Part shown: positions 36,863 to 50,266 of the stretch, piece after piece | Layout: every line of letters begins with the position of its first letter | Numbering within the stretch: position 1 is the stretch's first letter | NCBI GenBank assembly: GCA_965235115.1 | Contig: OZ249436.1 | Coordinates: forward strand, 41,108,001 to 41,172,000 | DNA length: 64,000 nucleotides | Direction of reading: 5' to 3' | From: Laetmonice hystrix | Lineage: Eukaryota | Made by a program: the position numbers and the translations under genes | Notes under the pieces: generated by a model | What the model was told of the DNA's origin: nothing | Database searches by the model: none | What the model saw: only the letters and a program-made list of their open reading frames with translations

Positions 36863-39800
36863 GTATGTTACTCAATGAATTAATCTTATTCATTAGTTTA
36901 GAAGTCTTCCTGTATGTTGCAATATTTCTTAGTCTCCAACCCGCTCGTTTTACTAGAACTGGATGCGTTTTCCCCACCGTCCGCTATAGTTTGGCCGGGT
37001 GTTTGGCCTGGCCTGGGCGTGTTTTTCACGCCTGCGGTTTTGAGTGCTGTCGCGGCAGGGGTTATTGTTTCACTGGCCACTTGACACCTGCCCCTAGGCC
37101 TAGGGAGGTGTGATTTAAAAGTCGATTACGTTAGAGACCAGCTCTTATCGGGGTATTAGTGCCCACTCATTAAGCTGGAAACGGCTCGGTGCCAAGAATA
37201 TTATAATAGGCCTTGCCTTTGTGCTTGAATCAGCTGTTCGCAAGTGACCCAGTTCGGTCTTGACTGAGAGTGAGATTCGCAATGAGACTCGGTTTGGTTT
37301 CTAGTGCATTTTTTATTTGGATCGTTGGGCGAAATGAACTCCATAGCATAAGCCTAAGGACGAGTAACAGCTGAAGCTACTGCTTAAAGGAACACTCTTC
37401 TCCTGCTTATTGAGTTATCAGATGTTAACTTGATAGTACTAGAGCCCGTCTATACCATATTCATATTTTTAGGCTGCCCTTGTAATTAATGATTATTAAT
37501 CAAAAACGGGACTTAGTAGTTGATAGTCTTTTCGCCATCTTGCAAAAAGGACACATGCTGACGCCTTGCGGAAATCTACAGAACTATAGCTGCCACCTGG
37601 CAAAATGCTGGTCGTGACGTCACGAAGGGACAACAACTTTGGTAGGCCTAGGCCTACAGCGTAGACTGAAGGCGTAGACTAGCTAAACTTACCGCGAGTT
37701 TGGCCCACAAGGAGTATTCCAGGACTTTGTGCGGCAGTGGGGTTGTAACAACCGAAACTGGATTAAGAATTTGGATCAACAAAGGAGCTTTCATGCTTTC
37801 CCCTCTAAAATAAAACCTGTAGGCTGTATAATTCTGAAGAGGTGGGTGCACAACAATACATGCGTCGAGGTAGGCCTAAGGCTAAGCTAAGGCTAAGCTA
37901 AAGTAAAGTGGATTTGTTCCAACAGCGATCCACCCGCATAGTGTGAATGTCTCGATTTTTTTCTGTGACTAACTAAACTTGTCAGTCTTAAACTTCTACC
38001 TAACTGATTAGGCCTAGACTCCGTTTCTGCTGTGACTAGAGTCGAGAGTGCAGTCTAGTGACTAGTCTAGGCCCCGTAGATCTAATCTCATTCTAGTATT
38101 TCTACTGTCCAGTCACCAGTGCAGTGGCAGTGATTAGTAAATTGGCTGAAGGAGGGGGCAAACGGCCCAATATACCACCAATTTACACTTTGAAAATTCT
38201 GAGGGGTGGGGGAGTATTTACCAAAGACCGGTTTTCCAAGACAACCCGTGGGCGTGACCGGCCTGTAGCAGGCCTACTGTAGCAAGTCGCCCCCGCCGCC
38301 AACTCCGTCGCCAAGCTGCACGCCGGGCTCAGGCACTGAGTGAGCCGAGGACAGACACCCATATAAGGCCATTGGGGGGGGGGGGGTGATCCAGGATTTT
38401 GCATAAAAAAATAATTTTGCAAGGGGGGGCGGCTTGATCTAGCTAGGTGCGCCGTAGTCTGACATAGACACACTGCAAAATGATAACCCTCAGCCTGGAC
38501 TGGCTGGAGTCAGCTGGGGGGGGGGGGGGGGCTTAGCCTTAGGCAGGGCCTACTACTAGTAGCCTACTGCTACTGCTGCCCCCCCCCCCTCAGAAATTTC
38601 TAGATACGGCCCTACATACGTGTAGGGCCTACCTCCATAGCTTATATTATCTTGGAAACCGGCTAGGGCATATTTTCGACCTACTTCCTTAGGCTAATGC
38701 TATGGGTATGGCTATGGCTATGGATGATGGATGTAGCCGGGGGAGGGGGCGGGGGTTCCGAGGGTTCTGACGAACCCCTCTCACTTTTGTGGGCCACTAT
38801 TAAAATAAATACACTATAGAACTAGATATCATTGCCGAAACTTATTTAACAGGTCCCTATTTAAACTATCAGGTCGCTACATGAGCAGACCGCCTACTTG
38901 TCAACACTTGTTTAACGAGGGCCGAGGCATATCCAGGGCTGAGTGAGTCCCTTCGTGACGTAGTCAAAGATGTAGCCAAGTAATTGCTATTATTGCCGCA
39001 AGAGGGCGCGCGGTGCGCCAATGGCGGCGACTATGAATCTGCATTAAAGTTCTTTTTGACAATATAATATAAACTGTTTGATGTTAAAAAAATAACATGG
39101 GTTGTAGAATTATGCCTTCTTGAATTCTAAATATGATTTAGCTCGAGAAAAGCATTCCTTTAATGCTAGTGAATGAGTGGAAATTGGAATTCACAATGCG
39201 CCCTCAAAATGATGATCAGAGACAGAGTCAGAGGCTGAAATTGGTCGTCTTTAACCCACGACCAAAATCAGCACAGGGACGATTAAATCTCTGCACCGCC
39301 GGTCGTTCTGCCAGAACCGTAGTCGAGCCCGTTCAGGTAGGTGAATGTTGGTGGTGGCCTTGGAGACGGGTCGGCCACCTATTTTGGCAGGGACAGATCC
39401 TGGCCACTGACAAAACTGGAATAATTTGAATTTAGTGATTAGCAGAAATAGAAAAACAAAGGTAGGCTAACTTCCCAATTCTAATTCCTAAGACAGAGTT
39501 CTCCCCAGAATGAAAAATCAGGGGGTCAGCTGGGTGTGCGTCCATTTCGGCCGCCTGCCGGTTCGGCCGCCCGTATGCATGGTTAGGGTGTAGGCGGGGC
39601 CTATATCGAAATCGGCCGCCGCTCGAGATCGGCCGCGCGTAAGTTACGGGCGGCCGTAGGCCTAGGTTAGTAAGGTTAGGCCTAGGGTTAGTGTTAGTAG
39701 GGTAAGTGATAGTTTAGTCCCGCGGGCGGCTCCGACGGCAGAGCAGGTTATTATTACGGGCGGCCGATTGAGTGGCAGTGACCCGCGGCGAAGCTGGTCA

Positions 39801-40134
39801 CTGCAGAATATACGGGCGGCCGAAACGACTGGCGAGCGTCAGCTGTACCCCCACCCTTGACTGAGTGTCGTCCCAGTTGCCTGCAAACAGGCTTACAGGG
39901 ACTGACATCGTGGGTCCTCCAATGCGAACTCACCGCTGTGTATAATTCGTCGTGAATCATGCCGTTTGATCAAATTGCTGTATTCCTTCTCATCAAACCG
40001 CTCCACTGCTCACTTTTTTTTTTTTTTTTATCCCACATCAGGGTTTTGGCCAGAAAAAAATTTAGTGTACGGACCAGAGAAGGGGTCCAGTGCCAGTGCT
40101 GCCATCTATATTCCAAACATGTATGCGCTTGCAG

Positions 40135-40948
40135 GGGGGTGTTTCACTAACGTTTACTTGTCTGACCGGTCCGTCGGATGAAAAGTCAGAATTGCCACGG
40201 ACAATGCCCATGAGGTGTTTCACTAACGTTGTCCATTCGTATTCCGACCAGTCGGACTGTCCGACGCTGCCATGCCGACATGACAATAGACAAAGAGCGA
40301 CGTCAAAGTACCACGGCGAACAAACATGCATTTCCCAAGCCTTGATCTACCTATTCTGACAGTTTGTGACGTACAAAAGATGTTTTGAGACATCTTGTCA
40401 CTCGGCAATAGTTCTCACTGATTTTCATTGTGTGATCTTTTGTTATTAGCCTGTATGATGCAGATAATTATTAGATCATAAAACCTGTCACTTTTCGGCT
40501 AAAGATACATTGCTAACGTTGTCCTGATCCAAGGTCCATGTTTTCCTTCCGGGTCATATATTGAGGTTTGCGAAGATTACGTCACAATCTAAGTGGGTTA
40601 ATCTGGCACAGACGTGCTTGCAGCATATCGGTTCAGTTGTAAACAATCGATGTCTGTGAATGCTATAATAATTATCAGATACATCTAATAAGGATAGGAA
40701 TACAGATTTCTCAAATCTGCTGCCAAAGTTGACATGTCGAGAATCAAACAGTAGTTGGTCCACCATGTTTTTTGGTCCAACCGCCGTGTAGGACAACTCC
40801 CGAGTTGTCCTAGAAAGTCGGACAGTCCGACCGGGTCGGACAGTCCGACCGGGTCGACAGTTTAGTGAAACACTTCTTTAAAACACAGACGGTCCGACTG
40901 GGTCCGTCGTCCGATCGGACTGTCCGTCGCTGTTAGTGAAACACCCCC
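40135..40948. mobile_element. MITE with CAG TSD (Harbinger-like)
   Basis: GGGGGTGTTTCACTAAC / GTTAGTGAAACACCCCC, flanked by CAG. Internal gtcggacagtccgac palindromes. Confidence 0.8.
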
Positions 40949-40988
40949 CAGGCCCCATTGCTAGGCATAATCAGGAGGCTTTTACAGG

Positions 40989-41400
40989 CAGGGCTCTCGA
41001 TGACCCGAGGTCTCGGGTCAAATACGCACGAAGTGTGTAGTCTGATGCACAATAAAAACCAGCAGGAGTCAGTGCGACGCACGAAGATTCCCCCAATTTT
41101 GACCCCCAGACTAGAGAATGGTATGCTGGGTTACAACCCTCCACCGCAAAAGGCATGCATAATGACTGAAATAAATAAAAAACGCTCTCGTCGAGTGGCC
41201 AATTTCATTATCTACATATATATGAGCACACTCAACAACACGTTGATTACGAGTTTAGATTAGACAAAAATACTGGCATGCATTTGACTCTTCAAAGTTG
41301 TGAACTGACCATGTTTGACCCCTGACTTTTGAGGGTTGACCCCCAAAAAAATAGACAGAAGTCTCTGACCCTTCTACTGAAAACTCCAGTGAGAGCCCTG
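40989..41400. mobile_element. MITE with 6-bp TSD
   Basis: CAGGGCTCTC / GAGAGCCCTG, flanked by TACAGG. Confidence 0.75.
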
Positions 41401-41889
41401 TACAGGCATGAAAATCTATTGCCGATCGGCAGAATTCCGATTTTTTCAAGTGATTTTGGTCATTCTTGAGATCGATGCAAATCCGTTGAGAAAAAATTCA
41501 GTGTTATGGGGGAGCTGTCCAACTCCAGACTAGGGTACGGAATTTTACCCATTTTAGCCTCTGGCGGAAACCTTGCATATATTTAATAAATCAGACTTTT
41601 GAAAAATCGAACCGAGCAGTTTGATTTCCGTTGCTTGCAATGTTGTTAGTCCTAATCCATCATGGCCTGAGATCAGGGCTCCCTTCTTAGATAATAGCTG
41701 CTCCATTTGTTTATTTAAAATGGCCGCCAGTCGAAGTGCCCGCTCCGTTTGAAAAATCGCCTGAATGTCAATCTTATATTTTCTAACTGGGGAGTCCCCT
41801 GCTGACTTGAGCCTGACTTGTCGTCATTGTCCCTGATTTATGTTAGGAACTCATGTTCTGATTGGTGTCTGCATCTGTTCCAGAGTGGA

Positions 41890-43356
41890 ATGTGTAAAGG
41901 ACTGGTCAGTCTGTCACTCCATGGAGGGGTTCCGGTTGCTACAGGCTTGTTGCACCCACCTGTAAGAAGACCCACAGCACCCTACACACCTCACCCACCT
42001 GTGGGAATGTCCTCACAGTCCAAGGTACCAGTCACACGTTCAAAGTCGGCTAAGGTGGGAAGCAAAAGGAGATCGAGAAAGGAAGTAAGACCGGCATCTG
42101 CAGGGGGCGACCGGTTGTTACCAAGGCGTGACACCACTGATGAGGCATCATGTGATTCGATAAGTGCATCAACGTCAGAATTGCGGGAGGCAATCTACGA
42201 ACGCCGTGAACAACAGTACAGACCTCTCTGTGCTGGTGAATATGTTCATAAATACTTGTGTAGGGTGTATGATGCAACAATGGGAAAGTCACGAAGGCAG
42301 GTCAAGTTCCCCTTCATGGAACTTCCAGCAGATTGTATGTTAAAGATTTTTTCGTTCCTAACACCGAAGGAGAGAGGCATAGCTGCCCGGACTTGCAGCA
42401 AATGGCACCAGCTGATGGTTAGGTCCACACTCTGGAATATTGTTGACTTGACTGCATTTCCTTTGTGCCCAATACAAAAGCAAAGCCATGTGTGTGGGGC
42501 AGACTGCTATCGAAACTACAAAACCCGTGTGAGAAAGTTCATGCGGTTCCTCCAAGGAGTGAAGCCAGTAATAAGAAGACTGAGTTTTGCCTTCGATATA
42601 TATGATCCAGAGGATCGATGGCTAGAAGGCATCGAGGGACTCATCGAGTCAGCCCATTGTCAGGACCTTAGCTTTGCCCATGTAAACTGGAAGGAAACTC
42701 CCATAAAGCCATTCTGGGTGGAGCAGATTGCATGGTCTGTCAACGATTACAATGAGTTCATGCACCGACATCGACACAGGCAACGCAGATTTATCCAATT
42801 TTTTGATCTGCTCACCAAGGTTGCACCGAACATCACCAAGATGGTTCTCCCATTTGATTGGTCGGTTAAGTCACTCGAGTTTTTAGGTCGGCTTCAAAAG
42901 TTAAATACCCTGGTCCTTGAGAAGTATTTCGTTTTTCAAACCATGTCACAAGCATCCCTGGACCAGCTGTTTGAGCAGCTGCCACGTCTTGAACGGTTAA
43001 TTCTGGAGGTCTGGACGCCCAGCGGCAAGGGACTGACACTCTACCACATTCAGTCCCCCATACTAATCTACCTGGACGTGTCGCATTGCAGGGGATTTTA
43101 CCTGGGAAGTGTTACCCTACCGAGCCTGAAAGTGTTCAAAGTAACACGGCACCCATGGAATGGCCCATTGACTTGTGCTGACAGCCTCAATGTGATCTGT
43201 GTCTATGAGGTGCTCAAGGCAGGTGCTCCGTCCCTCGAGCAGCTCAATGAGCACACTCTGCGAAGAGACTGGAGGGAAGTCGTCTACCCAGAGCTCCAAA
43301 CCGTCCTGCAGGCGGTCTGCTCCTGCCGCCGACACAAGTCAGGCTGGGCAATGTGA
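41890..43356 (+). CDS. F-box protein with LRR-like C-terminal region, single coding exon (about 488 aa)
   Basis: Long ORF with the F-box motif FPFMELPADCMLKIFSFLTPKERGIAARTCSKWHQLMVRSTLWNIVDL and LRR-like segments (LQKLNTLVL, LPRLERLIL, LPSLKVFKV). Acceptor ctgttccag at 41883; first in-frame ATG at 41890, alternative at 42007. Start codon uncertain. Confidence 0.85.
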   Translation: MCKGLVSLSLHGGVPVATGLLHPPVRRPTAPYTPHPPVGMSSQSKVPVTRSKSAKVGSKRRSRKEVRPASAGGDRLLPRRDTTDEASCDSISASTSELREAIYERREQQYRPLCAGEYVHKYLCRVYDATMGKSRRQVKFPFMELPADCMLKIFSFLTPKERGIAARTCSKWHQLMVRSTLWNIVDLTAFPLCPIQKQSHVCGADCYRNYKTRVRKFMRFLQGVKPVIRRLSFAFDIYDPEDRWLEGIEGLIESAHCQDLSFAHVNWKETPIKPFWVEQIAWSVNDYNEFMHRHRHRQRRFIQFFDLLTKVAPNITKMVLPFDWSVKSLEFLGRLQKLNTLVLEKYFVFQTMSQASLDQLFEQLPRLERLILEVWTPSGKGLTLYHIQSPILIYLDVSHCRGFYLGSVTLPSLKVFKVTRHPWNGPLTCADSLNVICVYEVLKAGAPSLEQLNEHTLRRDWREVVYPELQTVLQAVCSCRRHKSGWAM

Positions 43357-46300
43357 TTCCCCACCCCACCCCACCCAAAAGGAGAAGACCACACAGAACA
43401 GTTATTATTGTAGGTCCAAGGGAAAGGAGAAGTGCACCGGGATAAAATGTACTGACATTTGCATCTTTAACCTCCAATGCTCAGTATGTGTCGTCCAAGG
43501 ACATGTATACACCACTACCTGATAATGTCAAAGGAAGACCCGTTTAGGCCGGAGAACTGTTTGGTTACAGGGATCGGGGTAGATTCTGCCTTTCTTGTTT
43601 TCAGGAAGAGCAGTTTGACCTGACTGAGGCTGGTATATCTACTTGGCTCTGTGTCTGCCAAGATTTTCATGGGTGTCTGTGGGGCCAAGGAAGACCAGGA
43701 TTTTCAAAGGTTTTTGACACAAGGTTAATTGTGTGCTATAATCACGTTTTAGTAATACATTGTATTTGAATTTTAATGCCCCAGTTGGTTAAGACTAGGA
43801 ATAGTTAAGGTCTTTTACTGGTTCGTTTTTGTTTTTCATTGTAATACGATTGAACCATTCCTTTGACATGTAAATGTAATGCTTGAAGATTAGGGATAAA
43901 AATGAATGTCTGGATAATCAGAGCTCTGTTTCAATGACATCTTGCATTTATTTACAAATGTACAATGTACTTGTAAGTTGTAGAAATCTGAATGTAATTA
44001 ATTCAGTGTTGAACAGATTAAAGGTAATGCCAGCCATTATTCCTATCATAATAGAAATAATATGTCTTCTTAGTTAGCAATTGCAGACAGAACATGGTGA
44101 AAAGCTGCAATTCTGTCAGCCCAAAAGTTGTGCAAAGAAAACGTACATTCATTCAGTTATGGTTTCACTCATTGCCAATTGTCTGATGGCTACCACCATC
44201 TTGTGACAAATTTACAAAAATGTAGATATTTTTTCCATGGAATTTTGAAAACCATAACAGACTAAAAGACAATCAGTATGGGAGGTTCTTGTCGGTTTAT
44301 ATGAGGGAAAACAAGGACATGTTATTGTTTGGATAATTAAAATGTGATTTTATGGTAGTTTTACCACAGTATTCATGTCAACAGCTAGACCTGTATGATT
44401 GAATAAGTTAGGTAAGTGAGTACCTGCTACCAGTAGATCATCAGAGTTGAACAAACCTAGCCTCATTAGGTTATCAAGGATCTGGCAAATGTCTAGTAGA
44501 AAAACAAGGACTGTGATGTCTGTCACCCTGTAGTTCTGTGAAGTACCATGGATGCTTAAGGTTATTGAGAATGCTAGTTTTATTATTTTTTAGGCTTTGT
44601 ACAGATCATATCAATGCTAGATTTATGCCGGTGTAAATAGAGCTACTGTACGTATATTCTAATATTAATAATTTGTAAAATTTGGACATGTAAGTAGAAG
44701 AGAAAGAACTTTTACAAAAGTGAAGTAGCCTTGGATTCATGGTTCCTACCAAACCCGGTCAGGAAGACTAAGTATCAAGAGGTGATGGTTTTCTTTTAAA
44801 GTTGGCCAACATTTTGACCTAGCCATAGGTTTTCATGACATAGTTGTTTAAAAATGACTGTTCTTAGGGATGTGATTATGAGAAAGAGCGTGATGAAGGC
44901 TGTAGGCCTACACTTCAGGGGTTCTGCCTGTGTCTGGTCAGTTTTCCGAGGCTGTGAAACTGAAGCTGTGTGACACAAATCGCACAAAATACAATAGATA
45001 TATAATATTGTATAGCGACATTGTCAATGTCAACTTTTAAAATCTTGTGAAGTTGAGTGCATTGAAACCAGTTGGGTTTCCATCCATGGTGATTGTTAAA
45101 TTTGCAGATGCATGAAGGTGAAACCATACACCTTTACATGTGAAGTTTGTTTGGCACATTTGGCCTTTTTTAATTATTTTAACAGCCACAGGTTTTAAAA
45201 GGGGGATTAGACTCAGAAGTCAGAAGTGCCTCCATTCAGTTGTTGGTGCAGTTTAATATTGTTGTAATCGCTTTTAGTTCTCCTTTAAAGACATTTGATT
45301 TAATGGCAGTTATGGATCCAGGATTTTCTATAATTCCACATTAAAATCGGCTCTAGTGAATGGTGTATGATTGAATCAGGGAAATGAATCTTAAACTCGT
45401 TGGGGGTTTAGCCTTAATCCAACAGTATTGTGAGTTTTGGAGACTGAACATGAACATGGAATATACTGCCAGTATCAAGTATGAGCGGCTAACTGCTCCG
45501 AGGGCTGGGCTCTCACTGTGGTGGTTAAAAAGCCAGTACAAAAACTAGCCTTTGTAAGAAAAATAGGCTGTAAAACGGGTAGTACGATGGCATTTCTACA
45601 GCATAGGGAGAATTTTTCTGCATGTGTTGTGGTGACACAAAATGAACGGTTCCTACCAGAGGGTGAACTTCATGTAATGCCGTAACAGTGGTATTTTGAG
45701 AATGAAATTGTGCCTTGAAGCAGGGTCTTTGTAGCCGTTATGAATGTGAGAAAACTATTATTTTAGAGAAAATTATATTTTCTAATTAATGCAGATTATC
45801 AGCCAACCCGAGTTTTCCTCGTTTGACAGAAATATTTGTTTAGAACTCGCTCAAACGGATCCAAAGAGAATAAACCAAGTTTCCAGGTCAAAGACAAAAA
45901 ATTTTCAGTTATAAATAACTCATATTTGTGTTGGATTTTACCCATGAAACAGACGTAACTTTTCAGTCAGGAACTTTAAGAAGTCCAGGGATGAAAGTTT
46001 TCAGGAAATTTCCTGAAATCAGGAAATTTGAAAAAATCCCCCCCCCCCCCCCCCAAGAAATAACACCCAAAAAAGAAAATAGGCCTAGATCTATAGGCAA
46101 AAGAGGTAGGCCTAAGCCAAGGCTAAGTATTGCCCTGGACTGTGTGGTGGGCAATTAATATCAAATGAAAAAATATCCCCTTCCAGGACGTTTTTTAACA
46201 CCATGCAGCTCAATATATCTCTACCTGCCAAAGTTCATTTATAGATGGGGATATTAGAGTGTCTCAAACCCGTTTAGTGTCACGGGTGCCACCGTGCATA

Positions 46301-49300
46301 GGCCGGTCTGCCGGGGGTGCTGGTCCCTGTAGCTGTGGTGACATCGCTCACATAGACCGGCCCGCGTGGGCTGACTTCTACCGGCACGCGGTGGCGTCTG
46401 TCCCGTCTGGCAGGCACGGCCCCGTGTCGCTGTGGTGAGAGCGACTCACCTCAGGTAATGACTTCAGGCAAAATTGATGGTCAGGCAGCTGCGAAGCCCG
46501 TTGATTCAGGCTTGCCATTATGCCATATCCATGCGCGAGTTTTGCCTGAGCGCTCACTTAGTGAACGAGACTATAGTATAGACAGACCGGTCTGTCTAGT
46601 CCCGGCGTTGGTGATAGTGATTAGGCTGACGAACTATGCACCATCACAATGTCACTCCTCACAGGAAACTGGGTCAATTTAGTTCTATGAATCTGCCTAG
46701 TATATATGTCAGTAAGTTCTCATAATGTGTTCTTGCATATAAATTTGAGGATAGTGGCATTACGTAAGTGGTTTTCACTGAAGTTTTGGGGTTGTCAGGA
46801 CTTTTCATTACATTTGTCGATCAGTGCAGGTGTCCTGATAAGACCGGAAGTGACAATTTTCACAACAACATGAGTGGCACATGGACACACGGGCTGAACC
46901 ACTCGACTCAGCGAAGCCTGTGTTGCTTGGCTGAGAGCCGCTGAGGGTCGTGACTGCTGAGGGTCAAGACTGATGGACAGCCTGTGTGGTCAGTCTAACA
47001 CATGGAAGCTGTTTGACAACGTAATCGGTTGCATTTTGGACGCTAAAAGCCGACTGGATTCCAATGTTGGAGAGAGACGGCAGAGCCAGGCAGAGGTTGA
47101 CATGCACTGACTGTGACTGAGTGACAGGCAAGCAACAGCCTTGAACAGGGGCATGGACTGATGAGTGATGGAGTCTATCCAGCAAATTTGCAGGGGTGGG
47201 GGGTTGAGGGGGTGGGGGTGGGGGGGGGGGGGTGGCGACTAAATACTGAGGGCTAGGCCCTATAATATATAATAGCTAGGAGGCCTTATCGGATCATGAT
47301 TGTCTGCTGTTCCTAGCCTGACTTTTTTTAAGGGGGGGGGGTAAGCCTTGGATGTGCGCATGAACAAATATTAATTACATGGACATTGGCCCCCGCCGCT
47401 CCCCCCCGGTCAGAATTTCAGGAAATTTTACAGCTGGCCACTTTCATCCCTGGAAGTCTCTTTCTAAATTCCTTCTGAGACCAGTCTTCCTATTTCTCCA
47501 GTATTTCATAAGAAAGTGGTTAACGAAGGCGTCATGCCAGTTCCTTCTAGATCTTCGAAAATTCAGTGTGCCTTTGCAGTCATCCATTATGGGAACCTTT
47601 CTGTGGCTGTCCTTGCATAGATGTCAACTTTTTGAATTTGAGCCAAGAAATGGGACTGATAATGTGATTGTGACATAAAAGTAACGGAATTGTATCAACA
47701 GAAAATGAAAATCTTAGTGTTTGGTTATATTTTTTTGTTTTTGTCCCCCCATCCAGTCAAAACATTTCAGGGGTTAGGGTAAATTCCAAAGGTTACCCTA
47801 CTGGAGGGTCCACATCAATGCAATGTTAGGCAGCAGGGAAGGTATGACAATTATCTGAAAGCTTAGATCTATGATATTTACAAGCCTTGCTCAATGCAAC
47901 CACTGCTCCAGCTAGTAGTAGTATGCACCATGACTAAGAATTACATGGGATTATTTGAAGTCAGATTGAAATTTTAGGTAAGTTCGACTATAAGTTATAA
48001 CAAGCACCAACTAAATTTTTCAATAAAATTGTACAAAAAGAGAGAGGGGAAGCAGAGAATGGCCTGAATTTGTGCTTTCGGTACCTTAATGATGTATATA
48101 ATACTGGTGCCACTGAAAAGGTGTCGGGAGCAGTGTGATTAAAGAGGTACGCAATAAAACAATTTTTTAACCATTTTCTGCAGTGTCAACTCAAAATTAT
48201 AAGAGCTTATTGAAAAAGAGTATAGTTAGTAGTTATCCAACGTGCACGGCTTCACGACAGAAATATCTTCAGGTTCAGGACTAGCAAAGGTACTCTGGTT
48301 GCTGTGTTCTGGTGAAAGTTCGTTTAATTGTAAGACTGTAAGTACCATACCATACCATACTCAAAAGGTAACCAAAGTTACTGTATTATCATTTGTGCTT
48401 AAGTGTAGATGAGTGTTTGAGAAAGAATTGATAGGCATGTAATTTACCATTCATTGACTCTAACTAGTCCAGTCTCCCAGTTGCCTAACTTCTACGTGAA
48501 CGAAAATATATGGTGTTGCCTATTATAAATTCTCGTCAAAACCCCAGGGCAAAAGATGACGATGATATGCAGCAAGATGAAAGTGTCATTGACTGAAAGG
48601 TAATCTTCAACTGAGTCGTATCCAGTTGATTGTGTGTATACCGCGATATATACATGTGCAATTGTGCACAATAGCATTATTTCATTATGCGAGTTGTATG
48701 CTAGGTCCTGGTTGAATGGAAGTACATTACCTATTTGGATGTTGAAGTTTTGTCAGTGCCAACAACGTTGGGCATAAAAATGATGCAGTCGAATGACTGC
48801 ACTTGATAAAGGTTTCAGAAGTGTTATTAGGCAGCATTAATATCAGCAGACGCCCAAGGTAGTACTGTATGAGGTTGCATGACAAGACAACTTAAGAGGT
48901 CTACTTGACTTACTTGAGTAATCTCTCTTGTACAGTTCTAAACCAGTAAGAAACCCTAAGATCATTTGAAACTCGGATAATTGCATAAATTTGGGTTGAG
49001 ACCTTATCATATAAAGGTTATTATTAGTACGATGGTTTGTATGATACAGTAATTATTATTTCTGTTTTAGTGTTGATATTTTCATGTTTGTTATGGTGTG
49101 ACCCAGCATTGTCATTCCAACAGTGCTTACCTGTTTGGTGTATTTTAAAGGATCACATTTTTAATCTTATATTTTATAATGTAGCTGCATCATGGTCAGT
49201 TTTGTCCAGAAATTTGCACAAAGACTGGGGGCACACAATTATTTTAGGAACTGGTAAACACAACTGAAGTGGGTAGATGCGTAGAATGTAGTGCACCAGT

Positions 49301-49907
49301 TCTCATCGATTGTAGATAAGAGACGCTGCACAAAGCTGTACCCAATGACCTTATCATTCCTTCTGTTTCGGAGGGTACATTTGCTGTGGAACCGAATCCT
49401 TGGATAAAACTCCTTTGCCACATAAGATCTGTTATTATCTATAGGATAGCGGATACCGTACATGTTTATGATGTCAGTATCTTTGAAAGATATGATTTAT
49501 AGGTTAGAGGAGAGCGCACATTACGTTGCTATGTTTTAATATACCGATGGTATACTGCACGAAAGCAAAGAGATTTGAGGGGTTTTGTCCATTGGTTGAT
49601 ATTGTTTCAGCACAAAAGGTTAGCTGTATTTTGATCTCCCTAGTACATTTATTTGGACTGTCAGACGCACACAATGTGGACAGCCGGTATATCAAAGTAG
49701 GAGTCAAGAGAGGCATAAGGAAATTTTTAAAAATGATCCTGAGTGAGGTTTTGTATGGAGGGTTTGACAATTTAACCATGCGTAATTGAAAGTAAGGGCT
49801 ACCTCTGACAGATTGGAAATCAGCTTTTATTAAGTTTACCACTAATCCCCCCACCCCCTACCACGCCCCCAAGATTTGTATGGAATTGAAGAGAATATAT
49901 CAATTAA

Positions 49908-50266
49908 AGGGAATAGAAAAGTTCCTCACTAACGTACCTTTGAACACCAGTAACACCATATAAAGTGTCTAAGGTCACACCGATAAGTGGAACACTGTCA
50001 ACGGCGACTTTAAAAAAATACCGCCCGGGTCATTCGCTATTTCCCACGCGAGACAGCGGGAGCTATATCTAGTAATAGATTGAGATAAGGGATAAATTAT
50101 AGGGTAAACAAACGGGCGAAGCCAGCGGGAGAATGTCTCTACATTTCGGTACATTTCGGTTGATTATTCCTTTATTAAAGATCAGATAATAACAGAATTG
50201 TAGGTAAGAACAAGCTTGTTCATGCTGAACACCCTTATATTGATAGTTTGAACTTTTCTATTCCCT
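49908..50266. mobile_element. Kolobok-like MITE (TTAA TSD)
   Basis: AGGGAATAGAAAAGTTC / GAACTTTTCTATTCCCT, flanked by TTAA. Confidence 0.8.

Noticed and set aside
41818..41889. N-terminal 24 codons of the 512-aa ORF
   Set aside because: Starts at TTG and lies mostly upstream of a good splice acceptor (41883), so it is probably intronic.
46383..46393. miR-124-like GGCACGCGGTG
   Set aside because: The seed (AAGGCAC) is absent; chance partial match.
46278..46854. Solo LTR (TGTCAC...GTGACA)
   Set aside because: The flanks (tttag / atttt) form no target-site duplication and no second LTR or pol remnant was seen.
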